Translations under genes and position numbers: made by a program
Assembly (NCBI GenBank): GCA_958296235.1
Contig: OY282457.1
Span: forward strand, 2,597,338-2,661,337
From: an uncultured Candidatus Binatia bacterium
GTDB taxonomy: Bacteria > Desulfobacterota > Binatia > Bin18
Reading direction: 5' to 3'
Length of the DNA stretch: 64,000 nt
Shown: positions 38,206 through 47,957 of the stretch, piece after piece
How the letters are laid out: each line of letters starts with the position of its first letter
Position numbering within the stretch: the stretch's first letter is position 1
Notes under the pieces: generated by a model
What the model saw: only the letters and a program-made list of their open reading frames with translations
What the model was told of the DNA's origin: nothing
The model's database searches: none

Positions 38206-38809
38206 AGTCAGGACCTACCGTCTCAAACCTGGGACGCTGGCCGAATGCGAACGGCTCTTTGGCGAGGCCCTGCCGCGACGCGAGGAATTTTCCTCACTCG
38301 GAGCGTTTTGGCATACCGAGATCGGCCCGCTCAACGAGATTATTCATGTCTGGCCGTATGAGAGCCTTGAGCAGCGGACGGAGGCGAGAGCGCAGGCCAT
38401 GCAAAGCGGGGCGTGGCCGCCCCCGATTGGCGCTTTCATCGAACACATGGAGTCTGAAATCTTCATCCCTGCGCCTTTTATGGAACCGCTCGGCGCGCGG
38501 CAGCTTGGCCCGGTATATGAGATACGCACTTATATATACCGACCGGGCGCCCTGCCGACCGTGCTGGAGCGTTGGGCCAAAGCCCTTCCCGACCGAACCC
38601 GACTCTCGCCCCTGGCCGCCTGCTGGTACAGCGATCTCGGGACGCTCAATAAATTTGTCCATATCTGGCCCTACACGAGCCTGGACGAACGTAACCGCGT
38701 CCGGGCAGAAGCCGCCCACCTGCCCAACTGGCCGCCCGGCACCAAGGAGTTGCTGCTGACGCAGCAGAGTAAAATCGTCCTGCCGGCAGCGTTTTCGCCC
38801 ATGCAGTAA
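38195..38809 (+). CDS. NIPSNAP family protein (two tandem NIPSNAP halves)
   Basis: 204 aa; YEVRTYRLKPG and YEIRTYIYRPG duplicated modules. Confidence 0.8.
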   Translation: MMYEVRTYRLKPGTLAECERLFGEALPRREEFSSLGAFWHTEIGPLNEIIHVWPYESLEQRTEARAQAMQSGAWPPPIGAFIEHMESEIFIPAPFMEPLGARQLGPVYEIRTYIYRPGALPTVLERWAKALPDRTRLSPLAACWYSDLGTLNKFVHIWPYTSLDERNRVRAEAAHLPNWPPGTKELLLTQQSKIVLPAAFSPMQ

Positions 38810-38853
38810 ATCGGCTGGTAGCTCGCCACAAAAAACGGGAAAGACACAACGCC

Positions 38854-40413
38854 ATGAGCTGGGAAAAAGAAGTCCAGGGCATTGAGCGGCGCAGACAGCT
38901 CGCCCGAGAGCTGGGTGGGCCTGAAGCGGTTGCCAAGCACCATGACCGGGGGCGGTTGACCGTCCGCGAGCGCGTGGACCAGTTGCTCGATACCGACTCT
39001 TTCCGCGAGCAGGGGCCGATTGCCGGCTACTCCGAAACCGACGAACAGGGCCAGCTCCACTCGTTTACCCCCGCGAATTATGTGGTTGGCTTCGGCAAGA
39101 TCGAAGGGCGTCCCTGCGTGGTCGGCGGCGAGGACTTTACCCTCAAGGGCGGCTCGCCCTCGTCCGCGGGCTTTCGCAAGAGCGTGTGGGCCGAAGAGCT
39201 GGCGTGCCGCTATCGGCTGCCCCTCATCCGCTTCCTCGAAGGCGGCGGTGGGAGTGTCCCCCGTGGGAAGAACAGCGGCGAAACAACCGGCAGTACGGAG
39301 TCGGTGAACGCCCCGCCCCGGTTCATGTCGGTCATGCAGGCCATGTCCATAGCGCCGGTTGCGTCTGCCGCCTTGGGGGCCGTGGCCGGCCTGCCCGCGG
39401 CCCGCCTGGTTGCCGCCCATTTCTCGATCATGACCCAGAAGTCCTCGCAGGTGATGATCGGCGGTCCGGCTCTGGTTGAGCGCGCCTTTGGACAGCCGAT
39501 CACCAAGGAGGAACTCGGCGGCCCGCATATTCATCTTCGCAGCGGAGTGGTGGACAATGTTGCGGAGGATGAAGCCGGCGTATTCGCCCAAATCCGACAA
39601 TTTCTGAGCTATCTGCCGACCAATGTCTGGGAAGTGGCTCCGGTCCGGTCCGGCGAGGACGACCGCAACCGCCAGGAAGAAGAACTGCTCAGCATTATTC
39701 CGCGCAACCGCCGGCGCGCATATCCGATGCGGCGGGTGATCGAATGCGTCGTTGACCGTGGCTCATTTTTTGAGATTGCGCCCCTGTACGGTCCGTCTCA
39801 GATTACCGGCCTGGCCCGGCTGAACGGCCAGCCGGTCGGGATTCTGGCAAACGACCCGCAGTGGTATGCCGGGGCCATGACCGCGGCGGGTGCCCAAAAA
39901 GTGAAGCGGCATATCGATCTGTGTGACACGTTTCACCTGCCTGTGGTCAGCCTGGTGGACGAACCCGGTTTCATGATCGGACCAGAGGCCGAGCAGAGCG
40001 CCACCATTCGCTATGGGACCGCGGCCATCTTTGCCCTCATGCAATCCACCATTCCCTGGGTGTCGGTCATCGTCCGCAAGGTCTACGGCGTTGCCGGCGT
40101 GGCCCACTTTGGGCCGGGCGGGATGGTGTTTGCCTGGCCGTCGGCCGAGAGTGGCGCCCTGCCGCTGGAAGGAGGTGTGGCGGTGGCCTACCGGCGCGAG
40201 ATCGCCGCCGCGCCAGACCCGGAGGCCAAGCGCCGGGAGATTGAAGAAGCGCTCGCCAGCAAGCGCTCCGTCTACGCCCGCGCCGAAGGCTTTGCCGTCC
40301 ACGATATGATCGACCCCAGACACACCCGACCGGCGCTGTGTGACTGGGTGGACTGGATTCAGCCTCAACTCAGCGCGCATACCGGCCCGCGCGCCTATAC
40401 GATCCGGCCCTAG
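38854..40413 (+). CDS. Acyl-CoA carboxylase carboxyltransferase (beta) subunit
   Basis: 519 aa; GGEDFTLKGGS...; typical N- and C-terminal crotonase-like CT domains. Confidence 0.9.
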   Translation: MSWEKEVQGIERRRQLARELGGPEAVAKHHDRGRLTVRERVDQLLDTDSFREQGPIAGYSETDEQGQLHSFTPANYVVGFGKIEGRPCVVGGEDFTLKGGSPSSAGFRKSVWAEELACRYRLPLIRFLEGGGGSVPRGKNSGETTGSTESVNAPPRFMSVMQAMSIAPVASAALGAVAGLPAARLVAAHFSIMTQKSSQVMIGGPALVERAFGQPITKEELGGPHIHLRSGVVDNVAEDEAGVFAQIRQFLSYLPTNVWEVAPVRSGEDDRNRQEEELLSIIPRNRRRAYPMRRVIECVVDRGSFFEIAPLYGPSQITGLARLNGQPVGILANDPQWYAGAMTAAGAQKVKRHIDLCDTFHLPVVSLVDEPGFMIGPEAEQSATIRYGTAAIFALMQSTIPWVSVIVRKVYGVAGVAHFGPGGMVFAWPSAESGALPLEGGVAVAYRREIAAAPDPEAKRREIEEALASKRSVYARAEGFAVHDMIDPRHTRPALCDWVDWIQPQLSAHTGPRAYTIRP

Positions 40414-40474
40414 CCGGCGTTCGGGAACAGGGCTGCCTCCCCTTCGTCCCCGGCTTCACCCTGTTCCACAGGGG

Positions 40475-41029
40475 CTACGACCACAACCCGAGTACTGCGA
40501 GAAGCTTTCGTAAGTGTTGATCGTATGTGGCCGCACGCCGAACATCATCCAGTGTGAAACGTTGGCGCAACTGCTCGGCTGTCGGCGGTTTTTGATACGC
40601 AGGCCACATCTTCCGTAGCTCGCTTTCCGAGTCGGATGCCCTAATCTTTCTTTGTTCCTGTCCTGCATGTAGCCGGACTAAGAGGCCTTCCAGATTAGGG
40701 TCTTGAAAAATGACTTCGAGCTTATAGCGAGTTGCGGCGGCCTGAGCCTGAATCCCTTCTTGCGGTTCGGCTTCAATCCGGTCGCGGTCCAGCAATACCA
40801 ATCTCGCCTGGTATTCGCGCCGGGAACGATTCCTTTTTAACCAGCGTCCTGCTTGTTCGATAACGGCCACGGAGCCACCGCCGTCTTGTGGCTTAATGTC
40901 AAGATGCACATACAAGCCTGCCTCATCGCAAAGGTACTGAAGAAAACGCGCAAAGGGACGCTCGCTCTGGCCTTCGCCAGCTATGAAGAAGCTACGACGT
41001 GGCCGAACCGGACGTCGGCGAGCGCGCAT
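40475..41029 (-). CDS. RloB-like (Toprim-related) protein, AbiLii-like
   Basis: 184 aa; FFIAGEGQSERPFARFL resembles the RloB (I/V)xCEGxxTE motif. It lies 6 nt downstream of the AAA ATPase gene. Confidence 0.7.
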   Translation of the reverse strand: MRARRRPVRPRRSFFIAGEGQSERPFARFLQYLCDEAGLYVHLDIKPQDGGGSVAVIEQAGRWLKRNRSRREYQARLVLLDRDRIEAEPQEGIQAQAAATRYKLEVIFQDPNLEGLLVRLHAGQEQRKIRASDSESELRKMWPAYQKPPTAEQLRQRFTLDDVRRAATYDQHLRKLLAVLGLWS

Positions 41030-41035
41030 CGTGCC

Positions 41036-42241
41036 CTAACCGATTTTCGGAATGCCACCCAGCACGCCGGCACGATACTTAGGGTAGAGCCGCGTGTCAC
41101 GCCGCAGCCCGCTCACGTCCTGGGCGGCGTGTACGCGAGTTGCGCTGTCCGGGCCCTTTTCAACAATGAAGAGTTCTTCCTTCTCCAGATCGTCAAGCAG
41201 GCCAACATTGTGGGCGGTGACAAGGAGCTGGGCGTTGTGCGGATTCGTCTTGCGGTCGTGAAACCAGTGGATGATCTCGTTGACGATATCTACGTGCAGG
41301 TCACCGTCAATCTCGTCAAGGATGACCGGATCGGCGGTGGCAAGGGCAAACCGGATTTGAGGCAAAATGTGGAACAAGCGTTTTGTACCGCTGGACTCGA
41401 ACGGCAGGGGGACAGCACCGTCGAGTCCGTGATGATGGAAGAACGCCTGCTTCTTCGTACCGTCGAGACGGATATCCACGTCCTGGATTGCCAGGTCGCT
41501 ACGCTGCATCTGCCGTTTCATCCAGCTTTTCATGGCGTCGTCCGCGTAGAGGTCCATAACCCTTTCGGTCGAAGGCTGCCAGTTGCCCTGAGTGGTAATG
41601 TTCGAGAATACATAGCCTCGTTGCAGCCCGTTAGCCATCTGTCTGGCGATATGGACGTTAAGCATCATAAGCGTCGCTATCACCGAAGCGTCAGCCTGAA
41701 CTGCATCCAGGCGCGGGTCTTTTGGCTTCAGCCCGAACTTGGGAGAAACGTAGATCGCTTTCCCAGGTGTGCCACGTTCAAAGAGTCGTCGAGGCCGGCC
41801 TTTCGGAAAGTGGAACAAGGCTTCGCGAAGGATGAAATTGGAAGTCGCAGACGGCTCACGTCCCACGGAGAGTTCATAGCGGAATAACTCTCGGGCTTTA
41901 CCTGGAGTCAGCCAGTCGGCGTCAAATTCTACGCGAAACCTAGTCGGCTCATTTTGGGCCTTTTCCGATAAAAAGGGGAGAATCTCGTTAATTGGAGCCT
42001 CTGCTGTTGATAAGCTGGGTATCGAGGCAATCCGCATAACGTCCACCAAAGCTCGGAGCAAGGTCGTCTTGCCCGAGCCGTTCGGGCCCATGATGACAGC
42101 CACAGTCGGAAGCCGAACATCGGGCTTAGCCTTGCTCTGTCGAAAACGCGGCAAGGCGGGCGCTGTGCCGGGTACGCGCAAATCGAGAACGGCTTCCTCG
42201 TAGATAGAAAAATAGTTAGACACTGAAAATTCATAAATCAC
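41036..42241 (-). CDS. AAA_15/21-type ATP-binding protein, AbiLi-like
   Basis: 401 aa; MIYEFSVSNYFSI N-terminus, GPNGSGKTTLL Walker A, PVILDEIDGDLH Walker B, LLVTAHN. Confidence 0.85.
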   Translation of the reverse strand: MIYEFSVSNYFSIYEEAVLDLRVPGTAPALPRFRQSKAKPDVRLPTVAVIMGPNGSGKTTLLRALVDVMRIASIPSLSTAEAPINEILPFLSEKAQNEPTRFRVEFDADWLTPGKARELFRYELSVGREPSATSNFILREALFHFPKGRPRRLFERGTPGKAIYVSPKFGLKPKDPRLDAVQADASVIATLMMLNVHIARQMANGLQRGYVFSNITTQGNWQPSTERVMDLYADDAMKSWMKRQMQRSDLAIQDVDIRLDGTKKQAFFHHHGLDGAVPLPFESSGTKRLFHILPQIRFALATADPVILDEIDGDLHVDIVNEIIHWFHDRKTNPHNAQLLVTAHNVGLLDDLEKEELFIVEKGPDSATRVHAAQDVSGLRRDTRLYPKYRAGVLGGIPKIG

Positions 42242-42415
42242 AAGACGATTCTAGCATTTTTTCGTCAGGATCGGAATAAAACAGGTTAAAATACTCATCC
42301 CAATAAGTGAGCTGAGTACTCACATTCTAGTGCCACGGGAAAGTGTGCGTCCACGGCCTATGCGGACCATGGCGTCGCTGGCGGCTCCGGGCGTGAATCG
42401 GCGGAGATAGTATCG

Positions 42416-42859
42416 TCAGCCCTCTTCCGGGCTCTTCTCTTCAGTCTTATTCTTTTTGAGGGTGACGATATTGCGCCCTCCTTCGCGCCGATACTCGACG
42501 CTATCCATCATCTGATGCACAAGGAAAAGACCGAGTCCGCCCAGGGGCCGCTCTTCAAGAGAGGCTCCGATATCGGGTGTCGGCGCGTTCGACAGGTCAA
42601 ATGCCGCGCTGTCGTCCGTGATGACGATGTCCAGCGCTTCCGCTTCCAGACCGACGGTAATCTCGATCCGATGCGGCTCGTCATCGTCATACCCGTAGCT
42701 GATGGTATTGGTCAGGAGTTCGTCCAGTGCCAGGTTGACCGCATAGGCGACTTCCGACGTAATGTCTCGGGAGGCGCAGAACTCGTCAATCTGCGCCGCG
42801 ACGCGGGCGATCTCCCGCAGATCGTTCACCAGTGAGATTTCCAGCGTTTCTTCGTTCAC
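42416..42859 (-). CDS. Anti-sigma regulatory factor (RsbW/SpoIIAB-like HATPase_c kinase)
   Basis: GTG start at 42859 with AAGGAGGGG upstream. LALDELLTNTISYG and GGLGLFLV motifs. The longer 272-aa ORF would overlap the rhodanese gene. Confidence 0.75.
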   Translation of the reverse strand: MNEETLEISLVNDLREIARVAAQIDEFCASRDITSEVAYAVNLALDELLTNTISYGYDDDEPHRIEITVGLEAEALDIVITDDSAAFDLSNAPTPDIGASLEERPLGGLGLFLVHQMMDSVEYRREGGRNIVTLKKNKTEEKSPEEG

Positions 42860-42944
42860 GGCCCCTCCTTGTGTCTCCGAACCGCGTCTGTCAGCCCTCC
42901 CGGAGCGCGCGGAGAAAAAATCCGTCAACGGTCTGGACATCTCA

Positions 42945-43844
42945 CTACGACGCCGGCCGTCCGGCGGGTGAGGCATCCGTCTCCATCGGCAGACTCGTAT
43001 CCGCGGCCCATTCCATGAGCGAACCATCGTAGACGGCAACGTCTTCCAAGCCCAGCAGCGTGAGGACGAAGGCCTCACTACTCGCCGCGATCCCAGCCCC
43101 ACAATAGGTAATGACGCGCGTACTGCCGGTTGCGCCCACGGCCTCGAATTTTTCGCGGAGTTGTTCGGCAGGCAGATAGGCGTGCGTCTCCGCATCGACC
43201 AGATCATAAAAAGAGACATTCTCACTTGACGCAATGCGTCCCGGCCGGGGATAGCGAATCAGCCCTCCTGTACCAGCGTGATCCTCGGCGGTCAGGGCGT
43301 TCAGCAGGCAGCTTGACGGTGTCTGTAGCGCCTCCAGAACTTCCTGTTTACCAGCCATCAGCGCGGGTCGCGGGGTGGAGACGAACTGGCCCCGTACGGG
43401 GGGAGCGGGACGGTTCGAGACAGGTCGCCCCTCCTGCGTCCACTTGTGCCAGCCGCCGTTGAGGACCGCCGCATTATCAAAGCCGCTCGCACGGAGCATC
43501 CACCAGACGCGGGCCGCCCAGATATTATAGAAATCGTCGTAGAGAATGACGCGGGTGTGGGCACTCACTCCAGCGCGCGTCATGGCGTCGGCAAATTGAT
43601 CGGGGGGTGGCATCATCAGCGGCAGATCGCTGTGCTGGTCGGACAGGTCGGTGACGAAATCGACAAAGCCGCTGCCAGGGATGTGGCCCGTTTCCCAGGC
43701 GGGCCGACCGCTCTCCAGGCGGAAGCCGCCGGAATCCTCGGGGATCAGGTGGACCTGGCAGTCGAGCAGGCACAGGTTCGTATCGTTCAGATGTTCTTCC
43801 AGCCAGTTTGTCTCAACCAAGGCGTGGGGGTTGGCCTGCGACAT
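42945..43844 (-). CDS. Two-domain rhodanese sulfurtransferase (SseA/TST-like)
   Basis: 299 aa; tandem rhodanese domains, active-site loop YCGAGIAAS. Confidence 0.9.
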   Translation of the reverse strand: MSQANPHALVETNWLEEHLNDTNLCLLDCQVHLIPEDSGGFRLESGRPAWETGHIPGSGFVDFVTDLSDQHSDLPLMMPPPDQFADAMTRAGVSAHTRVILYDDFYNIWAARVWWMLRASGFDNAAVLNGGWHKWTQEGRPVSNRPAPPVRGQFVSTPRPALMAGKQEVLEALQTPSSCLLNALTAEDHAGTGGLIRYPRPGRIASSENVSFYDLVDAETHAYLPAEQLREKFEAVGATGSTRVITYCGAGIAASSEAFVLTLLGLEDVAVYDGSLMEWAADTSLPMETDASPAGRPAS

Positions 43845-43956
43845 AGCGTCCTCCTTGCTGTTTGCCGGCTGGTGTGAATGATATATATTCAGCGCCGGTT
43901 AGGCTAGAGCGAAACAGCGCGGTAGCCGACCGATCTTCTGAGCCAACGAGCCGCAG

Positions 43957-45423
43957 ATGAGTACCCGGACAACCCGCCATTTTATTAACGGCGCCTATAC
44001 CGAAGGGACGAGTGGTCGCACCTTTGAGAACCGGCGGCCTGTCGATAATGCGCTTATCAGTCATGTGTGCGAAGCCGGCCGGACCGAGGTTGATGCCGCG
44101 GTCCAGGCGGCCAGGACTGCCCTTGACGGACCCTGGAGCCGGCTGACACTGGCCGAACGTACCGAGATATTATACGCGGTTGCCGCCGGCATTGAGCAGC
44201 GTTTTGAGCAGTTCCTTGAGGCCGAGGTGGCCGATACTGGCAAGCCGGTGAGCCTGGCCTCTCATATTGATATTCCACGCGGCGCGGCCAACTTCCGCAT
44301 CTTTGCCGATGTGGTCAAAAACGTATCCGGCGAATACTTCGACACCCCTACCCCGGACGGGACCGGAGCGCTGAACTACAGCCTGCGCGTCCCAAAAGGC
44401 GTGGTTGCGGTGGTGTGTCCGTGGAATCTGCCCCTGCTGCTCATGACCTGGAAAGTCGGACCGGCCCTCGCCTGCGGGAATAGTGTGGTCGTCAAACCCT
44501 CGGAAGAAACGCCGAGCACGGCCAGCCTGCTGGGCGAGGTGATGAACGAGGCCGGCGCGCCTCACGGCGTCTATAATGTCGTGCACGGGTTTGGGCCGGA
44601 CTCGGCCGGAGAATTCCTGGTCAGCCATCCGGGTGTTGACGCGATTACGTTTACGGGCGAGACCGTCACGGGCGAGGCTATTATGCAGCGCGCAGCCGTG
44701 GGCGTGCGGGATGTATCGTTTGAGTTGGGCGGGAAAAACCCGGCGGTTATTTTTGCCGACTGCGACCTTGAGGCGGCCATTGAGGGCATCGGCCGGGCGT
44801 GCTTTGCCAATACCGGCCAGGTCTGCCTGGGAACCGAGCGGGTGTATGTTGAGCGGCCGATTTGTGATGAGTTTCTGGCCGCGCTGAAAGCCAGAGCCGA
44901 GTCCCTCACGCTCGGTGATCCGCACGATACGGCCACGACCCTGGGGCCGTTGATCAGCCTCGAACATCGCCGGAAAGTCCTCTCGTATTATGAGCGCGCC
45001 CGTGCCGACGGAGCAACGCTGATTACCGGTGGCGGCATCCCCGACATGACCCCCCCGTATACGCAAGGAGCCTGGGTCGAGCCCACCATCTGGACGGGTC
45101 TGGCGGAAGACTCCCCGGTTGTGCGGGAAGAAATTTTCGGGCCGTGCTGCCATGTCCGGCCCTTTGACTCGGAAGCCGAAGCCGTGCGTCTCGCCAACGA
45201 CACGCCTTACGGGCTGGCCACCTCAATCTGGACGCAGAATGCGGCCCGGGCCAACCGGGTGGCCCGGCAGATCAAGGTCGGCATTACCTGGATTAACTGC
45301 TGGTTCTTGCGCGACCTGCGCACCCCGTTTGGCGGAGCCAAGCACTCCGGCATTGGCCGCGAGGGCGGGGTGCATTCGCTGGAATTCTATACGGAATTGC
45401 GCAACGTCTGTCTCAAGCTGTGA
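43957..45423 (+). CDS. amnC: NAD-dependent aldehyde dehydrogenase, 2-amino/2-hydroxymuconate semialdehyde dehydrogenase-like
   Basis: 488 aa; ELGGKNP and catalytic-Cys context NTGQVCLGTER; directly upstream of amnB/amnA-like genes. Confidence 0.8.
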   Translation: MSTRTTRHFINGAYTEGTSGRTFENRRPVDNALISHVCEAGRTEVDAAVQAARTALDGPWSRLTLAERTEILYAVAAGIEQRFEQFLEAEVADTGKPVSLASHIDIPRGAANFRIFADVVKNVSGEYFDTPTPDGTGALNYSLRVPKGVVAVVCPWNLPLLLMTWKVGPALACGNSVVVKPSEETPSTASLLGEVMNEAGAPHGVYNVVHGFGPDSAGEFLVSHPGVDAITFTGETVTGEAIMQRAAVGVRDVSFELGGKNPAVIFADCDLEAAIEGIGRACFANTGQVCLGTERVYVERPICDEFLAALKARAESLTLGDPHDTATTLGPLISLEHRRKVLSYYERARADGATLITGGGIPDMTPPYTQGAWVEPTIWTGLAEDSPVVREEIFGPCCHVRPFDSEAEAVRLANDTPYGLATSIWTQNAARANRVARQIKVGITWINCWFLRDLRTPFGGAKHSGIGREGGVHSLEFYTELRNVCLKL

Positions 45424-46380
<957 letters not shown>

Positions 46381-46429
46381 GGAAGAAAGAACTCTTTCCT
46401 AAGCTGCCCGCAAAACGAAGGGAACAACT

Positions 46430-47242
46430 ATGGCTGTGGTCTCTGCCTTTCTCGTCCCTGGCTCGCCCCTGCCCTACGTCAAACGTGACAATCCGCCCTG
46501 GGGCAAAATTGCGACGGGCCTGGAACGCGCCGGCGCGGCGCTCGTCCGGTCCGAACCGGATGTGATTCTCTTATATTCAACCCAGTGGATCGCCGTCCTG
46601 GACCAACTATGGCAGACCCGTCCGCGGGTAAGCGGTCTGCACGTTGACGAAAACTGGCACGAGTATGGCGAGCTGCCCTACGCGCTGAAAATTGACACCC
46701 GGCTGGCCAAAGCCTGTGTCAGCGCGACCGGCACAATCGGGGTCAAGTCCAAGGCGGTCAATTACGACGGGTTTCCGATTGATACGGGCACGATTGTCGC
46801 CGCGAATTTCCTGAATCCGGGCGGCAAAATCCCGATGGTGCTGGCCTCGAACAATCTCTACCACGATTTTGCGCTGACCGAGAAACTCGGACGCTTGGCA
46901 GCCAGATTGGCGAGAAAACAGAAAAAACGGGTGGCGGTGGTTGGCGTGGGAAATTTCTCCGGCGCGTTCTTTCGGCACGAGATCGATATTGCCAAAGACA
47001 AAATCGTCGCTCCCAAATATGACCGCTGGAATAAAAAGATTCTGGCTCTGCTGCAAGCCGGCGACGGGAAAGGACTGTCTGCCGCCCTGCCCGAGTTTGC
47101 CACAAAGGGCAAGGCCGACATGGGCTTTAAGCACGGCGCCTGGGTATTGGGCGCGCTGGGCGGGAAGTTCACCGGCGCGCAGGTGCACGCCTATGGCCCG
47201 CTCTACGGCAGCGGTGGCGCGGTGGTCGAGTTCGACTTGTGA
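46430..47242 (+). CDS. amnA: 2-aminophenol 1,6-dioxygenase alpha subunit-like (non-catalytic LigB paralogue)
   Basis: 270 aa; MAVVSAFLVPGSPLP..., NYDGFPIDTGT and YGSGGAVVEF resemble AmnA. Confidence 0.8.
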   Translation: MAVVSAFLVPGSPLPYVKRDNPPWGKIATGLERAGAALVRSEPDVILLYSTQWIAVLDQLWQTRPRVSGLHVDENWHEYGELPYALKIDTRLAKACVSATGTIGVKSKAVNYDGFPIDTGTIVAANFLNPGGKIPMVLASNNLYHDFALTEKLGRLAARLARKQKKRVAVVGVGNFSGAFFRHEIDIAKDKIVAPKYDRWNKKILALLQAGDGKGLSAALPEFATKGKADMGFKHGAWVLGALGGKFTGAQVHAYGPLYGSGGAVVEFDL

Positions 47243-47267
47243 AAGAGAGGAGAGAGGGATAGAGCAG

Positions 47268-47292
47268 GTCGGATTACGCTACGCTAATCCGA
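47268..47292. repeat. Hairpin cggatta-N8-taatccg (left copy)
   Basis: gtcggattacgctacgctaatccga. Sister copy at 47725-47750. Confidence 0.8.
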
Positions 47293-47388
47293 AAAGGAGA
47301 GAGAACATAGAGAAATCATTATCAGAATATGCAGAGAGTTTATTGACCGAATACGAGGCAGAGCAGGGAAGAAAGATAAGGAGAGTGT

Positions 47389-47574
47389 GTGATGGGAGAG
47401 TGTGTGATAGAAGAGTTAAGATCGCTATTGAGAGAGTTCAACACATTAGGTGAAGAATATATAAAGTTGGATGACGTGGATGAACCGGCCAGAGTAGAGT
47501 GGAACAAGAAGTGGAAGGCAAACGAAGAGAAGTGGAAGGCGTGGAGAGAGAAGTACGGGATAGCAGAGCTTTAA
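47389..47574 (+). CDS. Small hypothetical protein (K/E/W-rich)
   Basis: 61-aa ORF in a purine-rich AT-richer patch. Preceded by the direct repeat gagagtgtgtgat x2. No homology recognised. Confidence 0.3.
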   Translation: MMGECVIEELRSLLREFNTLGEEYIKLDDVDEPARVEWNKKWKANEEKWKAWREKYGIAEL

Positions 47575-47724
47575 GACCCCCGTGGGACCCTGTGGCGAAA
47601 CGCTAGCAACCGTCCTACACCGACAATGGAATGGGGTTTTTTGTACATATAATTTGTGGAAATGGTGGAGAAAGATAAGGGGTAATTGGGCGAGGCGTGT
47701 TTCCTTGTCAATAAAGATGAGTAA

Positions 47725-47750
47725 GTCGGATTAGCGCAACGTAATCCGAC
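47725..47750. repeat. Hairpin gtcggatta-N8-taatccgac (right copy)
   Basis: gtcggattagcgcaacgtaatccgac, 9-bp arms. Confidence 0.8.
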
Positions 47751-47819
47751 AGGGACAGGCCGCCGGGCTGTCTCTCCTTAGCGTCTCTGCAATTCCAACT
47801 TGTCCAGGCGTTTGCGCAC

Positions 47820-47957
47820 CTAGTCAATACGCTCGTTGCCCCAGAAGGGCTCGCCGCGGACAAAAACATCGGCACGCCAAAGACCTGATCTTTTTCCGCG
47901 CGTGCTTGGATTGCGGCGAGTTCGCGCGGACCGTCCTCCTCGACGACCCGCGTTCCC
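47820..47957 (-). pseudogene. C-terminal remnant of a DsbA/HCCA-isomerase-like thiol oxidoreductase, frameshifted
   Basis: The minus-strand translation gives ...AEKDQVFGVPMF. After a 1-nt shift in a T-run it continues VRGEPFWGNERID-stop. There is no N-terminal half. Confidence 0.35.

Noticed and set aside
38202-38759. 185-aa alternative-frame ORF inside the NIPSNAP gene
   Set aside because: The frame starting at 38195 gives the duplicated NIPSNAP pattern. The alternative frame is R/P/S-rich and motif-free.
40424-40467. Inverted repeat ggaacagg...cctgttcc between the convergent carboxyltransferase and RloB-like genes, considered as a bidirectional terminator
   Set aside because: The 8-bp stem has a 28-nt loop and no flanking U-tract on either strand. 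That is insufficient for an intrinsic terminator call.
44170-45153. 327-aa ORF on the minus strand
   Set aside because: Antisense to the aldehyde dehydrogenase, which has clear catalytic motifs. Shadow ORF.
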